From Octopus vulgaris (taxonomy: Eukaryota): a DNA stretch of 64,000 nucleotides. Numbering within the stretch: the first letter of the stretch is position 1; each line of letters opens with the position of its first letter. The stretch spans positions 58,404,001 through 58,468,000 of the forward strand of contig OX597814.1 of NCBI GenBank assembly GCA_951406725.2. Reading direction: 5' to 3'. This document shows positions 12,920-26,854 of this stretch, piece by piece. A model generated the notes under the pieces. The model saw nothing but the letters and a program-made list of their open reading frames with translations. It was not told the DNA's origin and made no database searches. The position numbers were made by a program, and so were the translations under genes.

Positions 12920-12976
<57 letters not shown>

Positions 12977-13015
12977 GTATCTATGTATATGTATGTATAT
13001 ATGTATATGTATGTA

Positions 13016-13070
<55 letters not shown>

Positions 13071-13073
<3 letters not shown>

Positions 13074-13490
13074 GCATGGCTGTGTGGAAAGGATTTTGCT
13101 CCACAACTACATGATTCCGGATTCAATGTCATTGCGTAATACCTGGGACAAGTAGTTTCTACTACCAAAGCCTTCTGGGTAGATTTGCTTGGCGGAAACT
13201 GAAAGAGGCCCATCATCTATCTATCTATCTATCAATATCTACATACATACATGTATACATATGTATGCGTGTATGTGTGTATGTGTGTGTGTATGTGTGT
13301 GTATGCGTGTATGCACACATGCGTGAGTCTCTGTGTCTGTGTTTGGTAGCCGGTGCTCGTGTGTTTCAATCCCTGTTATCTAGCGGTTCGGTTAAAGAGA
13401 ACCGATACATTAAGTACAAACCTTAAAGAAGAAAAAAACAGGTACTGGGGTCGATTCGTCATAATTGAAACAAGTAAAAGATGAAAGGTT
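13071..13490 (+). mobile_element. Family B SINE with internal (CTAT)/(TG) repeats
   Basis: GGCATGGCTGTGTGG head, GGAAACTGAAAGAGGCCC, TAGCGGTTCGG, GTACTGGGGTCGATT and TGAAACAAGTAAAAGA tail. Confidence 0.82.
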
Positions 13491-14049
13491 AAAAAAATAA
13501 AATGTGTCAATGCGTGTGTATACACACATACATTGTACACGACAGGCTGCCACACACATTTCTTTTACTAAATCCTCTTACAAGGTAATTGGTTGCCCCG
13601 CGGCTTAGAAGAAGACAACTTCCAAAGTTTTATTGGGGCTGAACCCGAAATCATGTATGTATTTGTAATTACAGGTGTTTGTCTGTGTGTGAGAGAGAGA
13701 GAGGGAGAGAGTGAGAGTGTGTGTGTATGTGTGTAAATATATGCCTGCATAGATATGTATGTAGTAGTACATGTGTGTTATCACTTGTGGTTGTGTGGCG
13801 GTCATAGTGGTTATAGGTATAGTAGTATATGCGCAAGTGTTTTATCGTGTGTGTGTGTGTTTGTGCGTGTAAATTATCCGGAACTAACAAGTATAAAAGG
13901 CTAGTGAATGCTACTAGAGTCGTATATATAGACAATGTGAGAGTGAGTTTAATTGAGAACTTCTCGGTCAAGAGAATTTAAACTAGTTCTCATGTATGTG
14001 TGTTTTGTGTGTGTGTGTGTGTGTGTTTGTGTGTGTGTTTGTGTGTGTT

Positions 14050-14320
14050 CAGGGCGTTGCACTCACGTTCGCTACATTGTGAGTTCGATTTCCGGACCGA
14101 GCCGGGCGTTGTGTTATTGAGCAAAATATTTCATTTCCCTTTGCTCCTGCTTACTATGCTGTATATACGTTACCCTACGTTGGACTAGCCTTCTGAATTA
14201 GGGAGATTGTTAGCCTACTCGTCTAGCAAGCGGGCTGGTATCATTCGAAAGCTAAAACGATGCAAAGCGCAATGTAACCAGAAATTTAAAATAACATCCT
14301 ATAGTCTGTTCGATCATGTG
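14050..14320 (+). mobile_element. Decayed tRNA-derived SINE related to the family C head
   Basis: GAGTTCGATTTCC B-box-like motif followed by CCGGGCGTTGTG.TATTGAGC, shared with the head of the 27826-28154 element. Confidence 0.55.
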
Positions 14321-14335
14321 ATATGTAAGTATAGA

Positions 14336-14890
14336 AAGGCAGCAAGCTGGCAGAAACGTTAGCACGCCGGGCGAAATGCGTAGCCTTATTTCGTCTGCCG
14401 TTACGTTCTGAGTTCAAATTCCGCCGAGGCCGACTTTGCTTTTTATCCTTTCGGGGTCGATTAAATAAGTACCAGTTACGCACTGGAATCGATTAAATCG
14501 ACTTAATCCGTTTGTCTGTCCTTATTTGTCCTGTCTGTGTTTAGCCCCTTGTGGGTAATAAAGAAATAGGTATTTCGTCTGCCGCTACGTTCTGAGTTCA
14601 AATTCCGCCGAGGTCGACTTTGCCTTTCATCCTTTCGGGGTCGATTAAATAAGTGCCAGTTACATATTGGGGTCGATATAATCGACTTAATCCCTTTGTC
14701 TGTCCTTGTTTGTCCTCTCTGTGTCTAGCCCATTGTGGGTAGCAAAGAAATAGGTATATCGTCTGCCGCTACGTTCTGAGTTCGAATTCCGCCGAGGTCG
14801 ACTTTGCCTTTCATAAATTAAGTACTGAAGTTGATATAATCGAGTGGATCCTTCTCCAGAAATTTCGAGCCTTGTGCCTAGATTAGAAAA
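14336..14890 (+). mobile_element. Trimeric family A SINE array (internal period about 185 bp)
   Basis: One head, then three bodies TCGTCTGCCG.TACGTTCTGAGTTC.AATTCCGCCGAGG joined at AAAGAAATA|GGTAT (~14560 and ~14750). Confidence 0.92.
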
Positions 14891-14909
14891 TGATATATAA
14901 ATATAGGCG

Positions 14910-15022
14910 AAGGCATGCCACTGTTGTGGTAGTAAGTTTGCCTCCCAATCTCAGGGTTCGGGTTTCAGCCCGGCCAAAGCTTTCTAGGTGGATTTCGTTG
15001 ACGGAAACTGAACGATGCTCGT

Positions 15023-15085
<63 letters not shown>

Positions 15086-15345
15086 TATATTGTATTATAT
15101 TATATCATACTATATTATATATATATTTCTATGTGTGCGTGTATTTGTGCTGTCATAACCCTCCCCGTACAGCGCTTAACAATAAGTGTTGAGTTGTTCT
15201 AACTTAGCGGTTCAGCATAAAGACCGGTAAAATAAAAACCAGACTTACAAAAAGAAAACAGATGTACTGTAGTCAAATGATTCGACTTCAGGGCGGTGCC
15301 CCAGCATGACCTTAGACCAACGACAGAAGCAAGTAAAAGCTATGA
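14910..15345 (+). mobile_element. Family B SINE, decayed
   Basis: GACGGAAACTGAA, AACTTAGCGGTTCAGC, GGCGGTGCCCCAGCATG, CAAGTAAAAG. Confidence 0.78.
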
Positions 15346-16042
15346 GATATATTTCTAACAGTTTCTAACAGTATTCATACATGCAAAAATATCTATGAAT
15401 GTATATCAATATACGGGTATACAGTTACATAAATTCACGTATATGCCTGTGCTTGAATGAGTATATAGTTTCATGTCTCTGTAAATATTTAAATGACATC
15501 CTTTTCTTTCATATTATAACTTGTACGTATATAAATAAAATTTTAAAAAAGCGCGAATATATATAACAGATAAATAGATATAAAATCAAAGCCTAACCGA
15601 ACGTAATGGTTAGATTTATACCTTAGATTTCTATTGTAATTAGAAATTAGTGAACTTAATTTTTTTTTCATCCGTTTGATAATTACATATAAATTTATAA
15701 AGAAATTTTTATTTTTGGTATGTAGTAAATAGAGGGAACAGAACATCAATAATATTATTTTAAATTTACATATTTGCTTGCAGTTTGCTTTGCGTGGGAA
15801 GAAAAGAAAGGGAGTGGTATTGGTAGTGGTAGCAATGTTGGAGTAATTTGTTGGGTGGAGGAAAGAGACTAAATGAAATTTATAGAATAAAGAATGAAAT
15901 GAAGAAATAAAAGTGAGTTCACAAATTTGTTCGAAAATTTAAAATTTGTTTTAAAAAGGGAGTGTTATAAATTTCAGATAGATGGGGGTGTATGTGGAAC
16001 TGTGTGTTAAATGAATAAAAGAAAACGAAGAAAGAAAATAAT

Positions 16043-16090
<48 letters not shown>

Positions 16091-16582
16091 TTTAGACAAG
16101 GCATTAAGCAAAATGGAAACAAAAAAAAACGAGAAGTTACGGAAGGAAAGATTTACCAAAAAAAAAAAAGCAGTAATAGAAAGATTTTAAAGAAAAAATT
16201 TTAAAGAAAACAATAGATAAATATCGCAAGCAAACGTAAAAAGTTATACTTGGAATATTGACAGGAGAGACGGGTAGAACGAAAGACAAGACCAGATAAA
16301 TTTAAAGGAGGAAGTTTTGCAGAATATCAGCATCGAAGTACAGAAATGTATATATCTACGACTTAGATATTCTCCTTTTTAACTTCTCTCTATTCGTCTC
16401 TGCCGTCTTGCGTGCGTATATGTGGTGTGTATGTGTGGTTGCATATGTCTGTATGTGCATGTATGTGTGCATGTGTGTGCGTGTATACATATAGTCAACA
16501 GGTGAGATATAGAGATCCTCAATATAGAAAACACAATATAGAAATCGTAGTGCTGTGTACGTATACACCAGCCCATATATGT

Positions 16583-16618
<36 letters not shown>

Positions 16619-16914
16619 TCAACAGGTGAGATTAAAATAAAGATGCTCAATAGAGTAAACGTGTATATATACATGCATGTATTTGGGTGTATGTATGCAT
16701 ATATATATTTTTATGTATCCACACACACACACACACACATATATGTATGTACGTATACATAGGCACACATAAATACATACTTATGCTGTGTACGTCTACT
16801 CACACAAACATACATATGTATCTAGATATGCATATACATGTATACATACACGCGTGTAAACGCACACACAAACATATACAACACCCGAAAAGTGATGAAT
16901 TTAAAGATCAATAG

Positions 16915-16942
16915 AGAGAAAGAGTAAGAGAGAGAGAGAAAG

Positions 16943-17005
<63 letters not shown>

Positions 17006-17010
17006 CAGAT

Positions 17011-17056
<46 letters not shown>
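16915..17056. repeat. (GA)n(GATA)n(GA)n microsatellite
   Basis: Seen directly. Confidence 0.96.
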
Positions 17057-17061
<5 letters not shown>

Positions 17062-17094
17062 CGCAGACACACAGGTAGCAAATAGTTAACTCAG

Positions 17095-17300
17095 GTGGTG
17101 TAGTTGATTCGTTTAGCCCTAGGAAAGACTACATGCAATACGCATATGATTAAGCGTATTCTGAAAGTGGCCATCCCATGTTTTGTGGGTGGTTTTGGGA
17201 CTCGACTATCCAACACACCCTTGCTTGTTTTATGAAAGTGTAATTAAGGAGAGATTTGGCTGGGGTCTTTAGCAGGTCGAGTAAATACATACAGACGAGT
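17095..17300 (+). repeat. Old dispersed repeat, with related copies at ~45215-45420 and ~56390-56570
   Basis: Shared decayed motifs GTTTAG.C...TATGAT.AAAG.ATTC..G.CCAT and a 3' GCT.TTT.TAGCAG. Identity is low. Confidence 0.45.
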
Positions 17301-17757
17301 TTGAATAAAATAATACCTTAGTTCTTGTCGGCAGTAGCGGGAGTAGTTGGAGGTTATCCCACAGTGGTGGGTGCAAGAGTTGCTTTAGATAGGGGTAATG
17401 ATGTTTATTTTTATGCAAAGAAGGTAAAAAGGATTACAAGCTAAATATATTTCCGCCTTTCTGCAAATTCTCCCTCTCTTTTCCTCTCCCTCTCTCGCGT
17501 ACATTACCTTTCCCTTTCTCTATCTATCTATCTATCTCCGGTTACTCATTTCGGTGTGTGTGTTTGTGTTTGTTTCTATATGTATATACAGAAACACAGA
17601 AAGCGAGATATGCATACACGCACAAAATCACACACACACACACACATATACAGACGCACGCACACACATGTAAGTTTGTTGCTTTTATTTCTATGCATAC
17701 GTATTGAGTCACATGTTGCCCTGTCTCTTTATGTCACTCTGCCATTATTAATACATA

Positions 17758-17811
<54 letters not shown>

Positions 17812-17844
17812 TACACAGACACACACACACATATTACATACATT

Positions 17845-17916
<72 letters not shown>

Positions 17917-18237
17917 TATTCTTTCTCTCCCCCCTTTCTCTCTTCCGCTACTTCTATCGCTTTTTCTACCTGTTTCTACCTCGCTCCTTTTATCCACCCA
18001 TTCCCATAATTTCTGTTATTGTCTGCAGCTATACTCAACTGTGAAACCTTGCTCCGTCAATGAACATCCGTTGCCAGTTTCTCATAACCAAAGCGTGTGT
18101 GTGTGAGATAGTGTCGTCTGACTGTATATATATATGAGTATCTATGTGTGTGTGTGTATGTGTGTTAAAGTGAGAGTTTGAGTGTACCTGCGTGAATATA
18201 TGTATCTGTCTATCTCTATCTCATCACCCGTACGTGC

Positions 18238-18280
<43 letters not shown>

Positions 18281-18989
18281 CATATATATATAGAGAGAGG
18301 GAGAGAGGGAGAGAGAGAGAGAGAGGGAGAGAGAGAGATTTATATTCTTTCTCTCTTTCCCCCCTCTCTCGTCACCCGTACGTGCGGATATATATATACA
18401 TATATAAAATGTGTGTGTATATAGAAACACACACGTGTATATATATGTGTGTGTGTAGAGAGAGAGAGAGAGTTAAACTCACATCTGCGCGTGTATAGTT
18501 GTACAGCAACCACTCCTCCTCCTGTTACTACTACTGCTGCTGCTAAGAAGAAGAATATTACTATTTCTACTATTACTGCTTTTATTCCTATTTGATTTTC
18601 TTTCTTTTTTTTTTGCTAGATGACAGGTAGTAAATAAATTGCATGTTAGTATAACGACGAGTTGGTAGCAAGGGAAGGCTTTCATGTATGACGCGACATT
18701 GCATTTAACCAATCGAGCCAAGAATTTCAGACTGTGTTGTTGGTGGCGGTAACAGTAGCAGAAGTTGCTGCAACAGAAACAACAGTTGTTGTATCAGTTG
18801 CAGAAGCGGTTGGAGTGAACATTATAGAAACATTGAGAGTGGCGGTATTAGTAGTAGAATATTGTAGATCTATTACATTAATATTATAGGGCTTAAATAC
18901 CAGTCATAAAGTTAAGTCGACTTGACTGACATTCCACTTGATGCTCTCCATAACTCCTGACCTTCTTTCGATGTGTGAAATCGAAATTA

Positions 18990-19790
18990 ACGTAAGAAGC
19001 GTCATTATGATGTAAATGTTTGCTTTCCGAGTTCAATTCTCGACAACCACGAATTCTACTTTTATCATTTTGGTGGGTCGATAAATAATGTATCGGTCGT
19101 TAATTTGAAACGATTTAATAAAATAATCGCATTTAAAATTTGTGGCCGTGTAAAATCATCAACATTATCATTATTATAAGGCGGCTGTTTGAGGAGGCGA
19201 GCTGGGAGAATCGTTAGGACGTCCGTCGGTACTCATTGAGTTCAAATCTCGCAGACATTGACTTTGCCTTTCGAGGTGTATGAAGAAAGTACCAGTCATG
19301 TACTGGGTTCGATCCAATCGACTCTTTCCTCACCCAATCTAACGTATTGTAGTAGAAATGATTATCATATAGCGGCTGTTTGAGGAGTCGAGCTGGCAGT
19401 ATCGTTAGCACGCCGGACAAAATGCTTAGCGGCATTTCGTACGTATATACGTCCTGACTTCACATTCCTCCGGCATCGACCTTGCTATTTGTCATTTTGC
19501 GGTGGACAAAATAAATACCTGTTAAGTACCGAAGACGATGAAAGACTTCAGCTAGCCGCTCCTCTTAGAATTGCTAGTGTTTTTTTTTTTTTCCTTTTAT
19601 TTAAGTCAGAAACAATTATTATATTCCAGTTATTTACGTTGTAAGTTCAAATTAAAAAATCGCCCAGCACACCCTTGATTTTATAATTTTGTATCGATAA
19701 AATAAACTACCAGTTAACTCATAGCGTCGATATGCTCAACCAATCCACTTCTCATATAATTGGTAGTATTATTCCTGTATTAGAATAAAA
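18990..19790 (+). mobile_element. Chain of decayed family A SINEs
   Basis: Repeated GAGCTGG.AG..TCGTTAG heads at ~19200 and ~19390, plus GAGTTCAA and GTCGATAAA cores. Confidence 0.75.
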
Positions 19791-20809
19791 AATAGTAGTG
19801 AATAAACAGAATCGTTGCAGTATTTAGTTGCGTCTCTAACATCCCAGATAAAATCTCGCCAAGACCAAACTCAAAGTTCATCCATTGGCAGACGACCAAA
19901 TAATATACCGGTCAAACGCTTTTCGTTCCTTACATAGAAATAATATTTTTTAATTTAGTCACAAGGCCAGAATTTTGTAGAAGGTTCAAATCGAATACAT
20001 GGACTCCAATGCCTAAGTGGTACATGATTAAATCCCGAAACGATGGAAGGCAAAGTCAAGCTGGAGAAGGTTCATCATTGACTAGTATTGTGACGAGAAT
20101 AACAGTTTTATTTTTCTGCCCGTTATCACGTCTTTCCACATTCCTTGTTGCAGTCACGTGATGAGTTACAGCTCTAGTCCTCTACACACCACCACGATTC
20201 CTGTCGTTTTTCTCAACTATCCGGACTTCGAGTCAATGTCGACATGACGCCTTGAAGAATCTTGCATTCTACTGTATCATATGTTCTGGTGCTTTAAAAC
20301 CTACTATGCTCCAATTCAGTTTGTTGTCTTTCCTTATACTCGGTCGGGAAGACCAATCGTATACTCACATATGATTTTCACAATTCAATAAAAAGGCGGT
20401 CACTTTTCTTCAATAAAATGAACAGGAAAGGAAGCAGAATTTTATGGGGAGGGATTCATTTTTCTGTGAGCTGACTACATGTAGATGTAATAATGTGTGA
20501 AATATTTTTTGCCTTTGTCACCGTTTTCTTTGTTTTCCGCTTTTATTACCATTTTCATTGCTATTCGCATTTATGCAATATCCTTTGTCGGTTGCTGGTT
20601 GTGAAACTGTCATTCCATTTTGTACTGTTGTGCAAACGTTTGTATTTCTTTCTTTAACTATTTCTCATTATTGTCTAAATTTTTCAAATATTATTTCCTA
20701 ACTTTGTTCGTTTATAAACACAAACATAAAATCAAGAAATAATATTGCGAAGATCTCTTCAAAATATTTGGAATCACAGAGGATAGCGATTTTACGCATG
20801 TAGCGTAAT

Positions 20810-21408
20810 ATTTAGGGAAAAAAAAACATTACAAACGATTGGAGCATTCTATTCTACCCCAGAGTAAAATTAAGTCACAAAGCCAGCGATATGAAGGGGA
20901 GAGTTTAATCGATTTTTTTACTTCAATACTTTACAGGTACGCAATTTTATGAAATTCGAAAGATGAAAAGTAGACCTCAGTCTGGTGGGTCAACTATGTA
21001 CCTAAAGAGCGGGAAAACATTTTCTCCGAAGACATAACGATACTACCAAGCCACCAATCTTACAATAATTATTTCAAATTTTAACACAATATTAGTATTT
21101 GATTGGCATCATTTTTTATAGACACAGGAAAAAGGAAAAATAAAGTTGATGTCAATAGAATTTGTACTTCGAGCATAATCGGTCAGAAGAAATACCGCTA
21201 GGCATTTTATTTGATGATTTAACGATTCCACAATATCGTCGTCATAAGAACAATAATAAATATTGCTTCTAAGTAAGGAATACAGTTAACAATTTTGTAG
21301 GAATTAGAAGAAAAACAGAGTATTAGTCAATTGCAGCTTTGTGACTTAATTTTACTCTGGGGTAGAATAGAATGCTCCAATCGTTTGTAATGTTTTTTTT
21401 CCCTAAAT
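20810..21408. repeat. Near-perfect inverted repeat of about 73 bp (arms 20810-20883 and 21336-21408)
   Basis: ATTTAGGG(A)9CATTACAAACGATTGGAGCATTCTATTCTACCCCAGAGTAAAATTAAGTCACAAAGC and its reverse complement differ only in homopolymer length (9 vs 8). Confidence 0.96.
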
Positions 21409-21989
21409 TTGTTTGTTCTAGTATCTCGGGCTTGGAGTTAAAATCCAACCGAAATCAATTTAATCTTTCATTCCTACGCACTCAATGAAATAAAGTACTT
21501 GTGACGGTGACATCGGCCAAAAACTAAAACTGCTGTCCTGTGTTAAAATTGATATAATTATTGGTGGATTCGCAATATTGTAAGTTCATTAAACGAATTA
21601 CTTTCCGAATTTTTACATAGTTAGTTCAAACTCCACCGAAGGTTTCTTTGCTTTTCATTTTTTAGAGTTCATAACATAGCGCATACCAGTAAAGTACTGG
21701 GTATATATAATAGATTTTATCTATTTTTCTCAAAATCGTCGGCTTTAAGCTTTTATCACAACCCATTTTCACTGAAAAAGATGGTGAACCGAGAAACATT
21801 TGGTAAAGCGGAAGTTACTGATAGGTCACTTTCAAACATTTAATAGGCTATGAGTATTATTTTTCGTCCCAGTGGTGTCCAGCATACAGTCACAGCTTAT
21901 AGCCTAGCCTTTCTGAATTTCACACTTATATGCAGGTTGAAATACTGTAGATAGATTGCAGTAAAAATAAAGTGCAGAACCAAATACTT

Positions 21990-22198
21990 TGGCAGAATTG
22001 TTAGCACGCTGGACGAAATGCTCAGCGGTATTTCGCCCGTCGCTACGTTCTGAGTTCAAATTCCTCCGAGGTCGACCTTACCTTTCATCGCTTCGGGGTC
22101 GATAAATTGCATACCAGTTGTGTACTGGGGTCGATCTAATCGACTGACCCTTCCCTCTAAAAATTTCAGGCCTTGTGCATATAATAGAAAGGAATATT
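21990..22198 (+). mobile_element. Family A SINE
   Basis: TGGCAGAATTGTTAGCACGC...GTTCTGAGTTCAAATTCC...GGGGTCGATAAATT...AGAAAGGAATATT. Confidence 0.88.
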
Positions 22199-24394
22199 AT
22201 ATTTGCTTTTTGTATTCAAATGCAACCTGAGTCAAATTTGATTTCCGGTCTTTCGATTGAATGAAGTGAATACTAATAGTAGTCTCCGAGCTGCTTACAT
22301 TAAATGCATCAGATTACTATTGTCAGGCGCGACAAAATTATTCTGCCGAATCTTCCGTCGTAAAATCAGCGTTGATTCATTTCATCAAACACCCCAACAC
22401 TCTGTATATGATAGTTAGAATTGTGTCAGAATTTAAAAGCTCTTATTTTATGTAAGATTCTTGCACTCTTATGCACTAGTTCAAAGCACCGATGAAAATA
22501 TATATTTGTTAAGTGGGTTGATTTTAATTCTCGCTAATGACAGTCGCTATATTTTATAATTTGATTTGCTCTTAGTATTATCAGTCATATTTGACTGAAT
22601 ATTAGAAATATATAATTAAAGCATAAAACTTAGCAGTAAAGTCAATGACAGCAACAATTATGTTAACGCCGAAATTGTACAGCGTCACTAAAAATATTCA
22701 CTTGAGCAATAATTCTTCTTAAGAAGTATTCCATTTGAAAAGTACATTTCTGAGAAGTAAAATTCCATCACACCACCTAGCACATATAGCCATCACCAGG
22801 ATAAAACAGATATAGACCTGAAGCATTGATATAAATGATTAGTCTTGAAGATAATACAAATGTATCCAATATAATTTTACAGCAGTGCTAATAAATATGA
22901 CTACATTTCATATATCTATCCAGAAATAAATCAACAGACGCAAGTGAAGTGAACAAATTAAATATGTGTCAGGAAATGCACTTCTGTTATGTATTCTCAA
23001 GAGGAAGCATGAAGACCGCCGTTGAACAAAATGACACAAAACGGATATATGCTATCGCAGGTGAAGTGACGAAGACGTGAGTAGCACAGTTGTGCTATTT
23101 CGAAAATCGAAATCATATATCACATTGAAATGCGCTAATCACATATAGAAAAACGCTGCACACATTTGTAAGATTCCAGTCTGTAAGCCAATTTAAGGTT
23201 TCAAACTGATAAAGCTGGAATTTCTGAAAAATAGATTTAAATGTAGCTTAAACATTTATCTAATTGAAATATTAGTTCTTATATTTCCATCACAGACCAA
23301 ACAAAAGTAGAAAAATATGATTGATATACTGAATAAATCGTAAAGTAACGGAAAGCATTGTGAAGAATTATTCATTCAACATTTATTTTAATAAGAGTTA
23401 GCAGAACATTTTTCATCGACTTGTATATCTATCTACTTACGATGTCTGTATATACGGGATTTTAATGCTACTGGACACCATCCACAACCATATTCAAATA
23501 AAGAATATTAGCACATGCTAGAGACATTTGAAGACCTGTATTCACCACAACAGTAATAAGACTTTACGCACTATTGTTTACGAAACCTCAGTCCTCTCCC
23601 TGGTCCAAGTCACCATAATCTCTTGCATTAAATATAAAAAGATATGACTGCAGGAGGTAGAAAGCTAGGGCTGGGTACTAGAGATTAATTATGTTATATT
23701 CACAATTCCATGCCTGTATATTAATACGCTAAGACCAAATATGTTAACTTCTCATGTGGTTAGTTGAGAGAAGGGGCGTAGAACGGGTAAAGAAGACGGA
23801 GAGGGAACAGTTAACGATACCGAGAAGAGGAAAAGTAAGTTACTACGCTAAGACGGAATGTGTGACACTGTCACGTGGTTAGTTTAAGGGGGATCCTCTG
23901 TCATTGGGTTAGTTCGTGGGCTACCCTTGAGTGTTCACCATGGCGGCCATCGATCCTCTACTGTATATTAATAGTTACGCGTCCTAGATGTCAGACCTGC
24001 CAGCTATTAGCTCGGTTACTCACGGGTCTTCAAAAGATAACACGAACAGAGAGAGTAAAAAAGAAATTCATAAGTCATGTGCAATAATGTCAATGTTGAT
24101 TGATGTTTTTTCTGATATGTGTTGGCCAGACACATTAGAGTCATGGTGAGCATATGAATATTGAATTGATGAATGAATCCCTTTGGATAAGTGAAAATAT
24201 ATCAAATAGCCGACACGCACCTGCGCACATACATACAAACAAATATATACACATAAACATTTACACATAGGTACGTACGTAATACATACATACATTCATA
24301 CATATACACAAACATACGCACACATACATATATACATACATACATACACACAAACACATAACGCATCCATATATATATATATACATACACACAC

Positions 24395-24526
<132 letters not shown>

Positions 24527-24783
24527 TTGACATAACACCCTATATTATCTTGCAACGTGTATTGATTGGTGCCTTTTGCGAAATATTAGGTATCCATTGA
24601 GTCACTTCTGTGACATCACAGCTAAGAAATGAAGTGTTATATGTATGCGGATGTTTGTATCTATGCATATTTCTCTCTCCTCCTCCACTCTCTCTCTCTA
24701 CATACACATATATATTCATGTACGCATGTTTTAATGTGCGTATATCTGTCTTTCTCTCTATCTTTATACACACGTACAAACAC

Positions 24784-24824
<41 letters not shown>

Positions 24825-26776
24825 AAGATAGCCTGACACATATTTCGATTGAAATATAAGTAATTATATGTGTGTGTATATGTGCATGTCCATGTATATG
24901 TGTATTTGTATATGTATGCAAACATAGAATACGATTTTCTTTAATATCCTATGATATATTATGATTCTGCTACATATATGACTAAGCGAACCCAGATTTA
25001 GAAGCATTTCACCTTTTCCGATAAATGTCCGTCTTCGGATGCTTGTGTACTTTGAAATACTTCGTACCATCGCACATAGATACGCGCATGCACAAAACAC
25101 ATACACTCACAATACACACGCACACACATACACACACACAAACATACATACACACACATACACACATATAGATATGCATATGTAGTGCGAAAAAAAATAA
25201 CACATCAAGAAATATTTAGCCGTATTGTTGTGCTTCTCCACTGTAAAAGTTTCTCTTTCCCCAAATAATTGCTTCAGTTTTAGCAGATGCCTTCAAATCA
25301 CGTATAATATGTAGAATTGATACTTATAATTAGGAAATAAATGAGATTCAAAGTCACAAGGCTGTAATTAATTATCTTTCTCTATATGAGGAAGAGACGG
25401 AGAGCAATTTCGAATGTGACAAGACTTGATCAACAAATTGCAGTTGTTGGCAAAGTAACGCTTCTGTAGGAACTCTTATTCCCCTTCTTCATTGTAAGCA
25501 AATATTTGGTTCCAAGGAGAACGAACTCGCATTCATTTAGCTCCTGGTGACGTAGGTACGCAGGCTCCGTTCTTCACATCAATATTTGGTTAAAAATTCT
25601 CTATGCAGATGAAATCAAGAGCAATATACCCAGATAGATATATAATTGTAATGTGAGGACACCAGTACTAAACGAAACCTACGCAGTGAAAAAACCATCA
25701 TCTGCGACTACTGAGCAGTGGTTCACCAGCGGTTGTTTCAAGCGAGTAGACAAGTCAGAATGTATAAGTGGTCACAACAGGTTACAATGTATAACAGGTG
25801 GTGAAATTGTTTGGGCATAGGAAAAATCTATGCATTGTATGTACCTTGGCAGATGGTATCCATTTTCCAGGAGAGATATATGAATGTCTTCCCTGATCTG
25901 ATGGAAGAGTTTGAAGTTTACGAAGACACGTTTTTGTTTTAGATATGGTAAAAATGTGGCCAAATATTTATGATTCGAAAATGAAAGCTCATTTCATAGT
26001 ATTGTGTCACATCTCTTCTCAAAGGCCTAAGAATTTGAAGAGCCACTGATCATCACAGAAATTTATAGGATGTGGTCAACTGTTTTATTCTGGAAAGTGA
26101 GTGAAATTAGCCAGGAGTACATTGAAGAACGCATTAGCAGGAAGGCACCAAACAGGAATATGAAAATGATCTACATTTGCCATGACAGTGTACGATGAAA
26201 TGTATCACTGGCAATAAACCAGACAAACTGGGTTGCTTGGTGGTCCCCTATACTCTCTGCAGGACGTACCTGGCGTAACTGACTTTCACGTGCTCGCGCT
26301 AATGACGGTCATTCTTCAAGAACAACAATACGATGGCATAGATGACATGAACGTAGTTGTTACAGGAAAATGTCATTTAACAACAACTAACAAATAACTT
26401 GTGAGTGCTAATTATGAATTTATAGCATGGTAAAAGAGAAAGTGGAAAGTATTTTTCCGAATTAATAATATAATCCGAAAACAGTAAACTTTTAGAAAAT
26501 TTCACCGTCTTCATTTTACATCTTTGCATACTTTTTACATCAAGCATTTATAAAACAGAAACATATGTCGAACATATTCACTCCGTTCCAGGCCCCGTTC
26601 ATTATCAAATTATATTGGAATTCTCTTGAGCTATTGAGCTATAATGCTTCTTTTTCTTCTTACTATATAATATCATCTATAAAATAGAGTGTGCGTACAT
26701 ACATATTTATATAGATAAACACACATTCTGAGACAGGTGGACACACACACATACATACATATATGCATACAAACAT

Positions 26777-26854
<78 letters not shown>

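Noticed and set aside
14336-14890. Regularly spaced repeats as a CRISPR array
   Set aside because: The units are ~185-bp SINE bodies without unique spacers, the context is eukaryotic and there are no cas genes.
18590-18635. 7-nt microexon (poly-T, AG|ATGACAG|GTAGT)
   Set aside because: The donor is weak, there is no gene context, and such matches are expected by chance.
20085-20260. Possible LTR end (TGTGACG...)
   Set aside because: No second LTR, primer-binding site, polypurine tract or target-site duplication found.
25300-26400. hAT transposase-like snippets (IALRLFL on minus, QQYDG..DM on plus) and CAGTGG...CCACTG ends
   Set aside because: The motifs are short, on opposite strands and lack a target-site duplication. 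They cannot be supported without a profile search.
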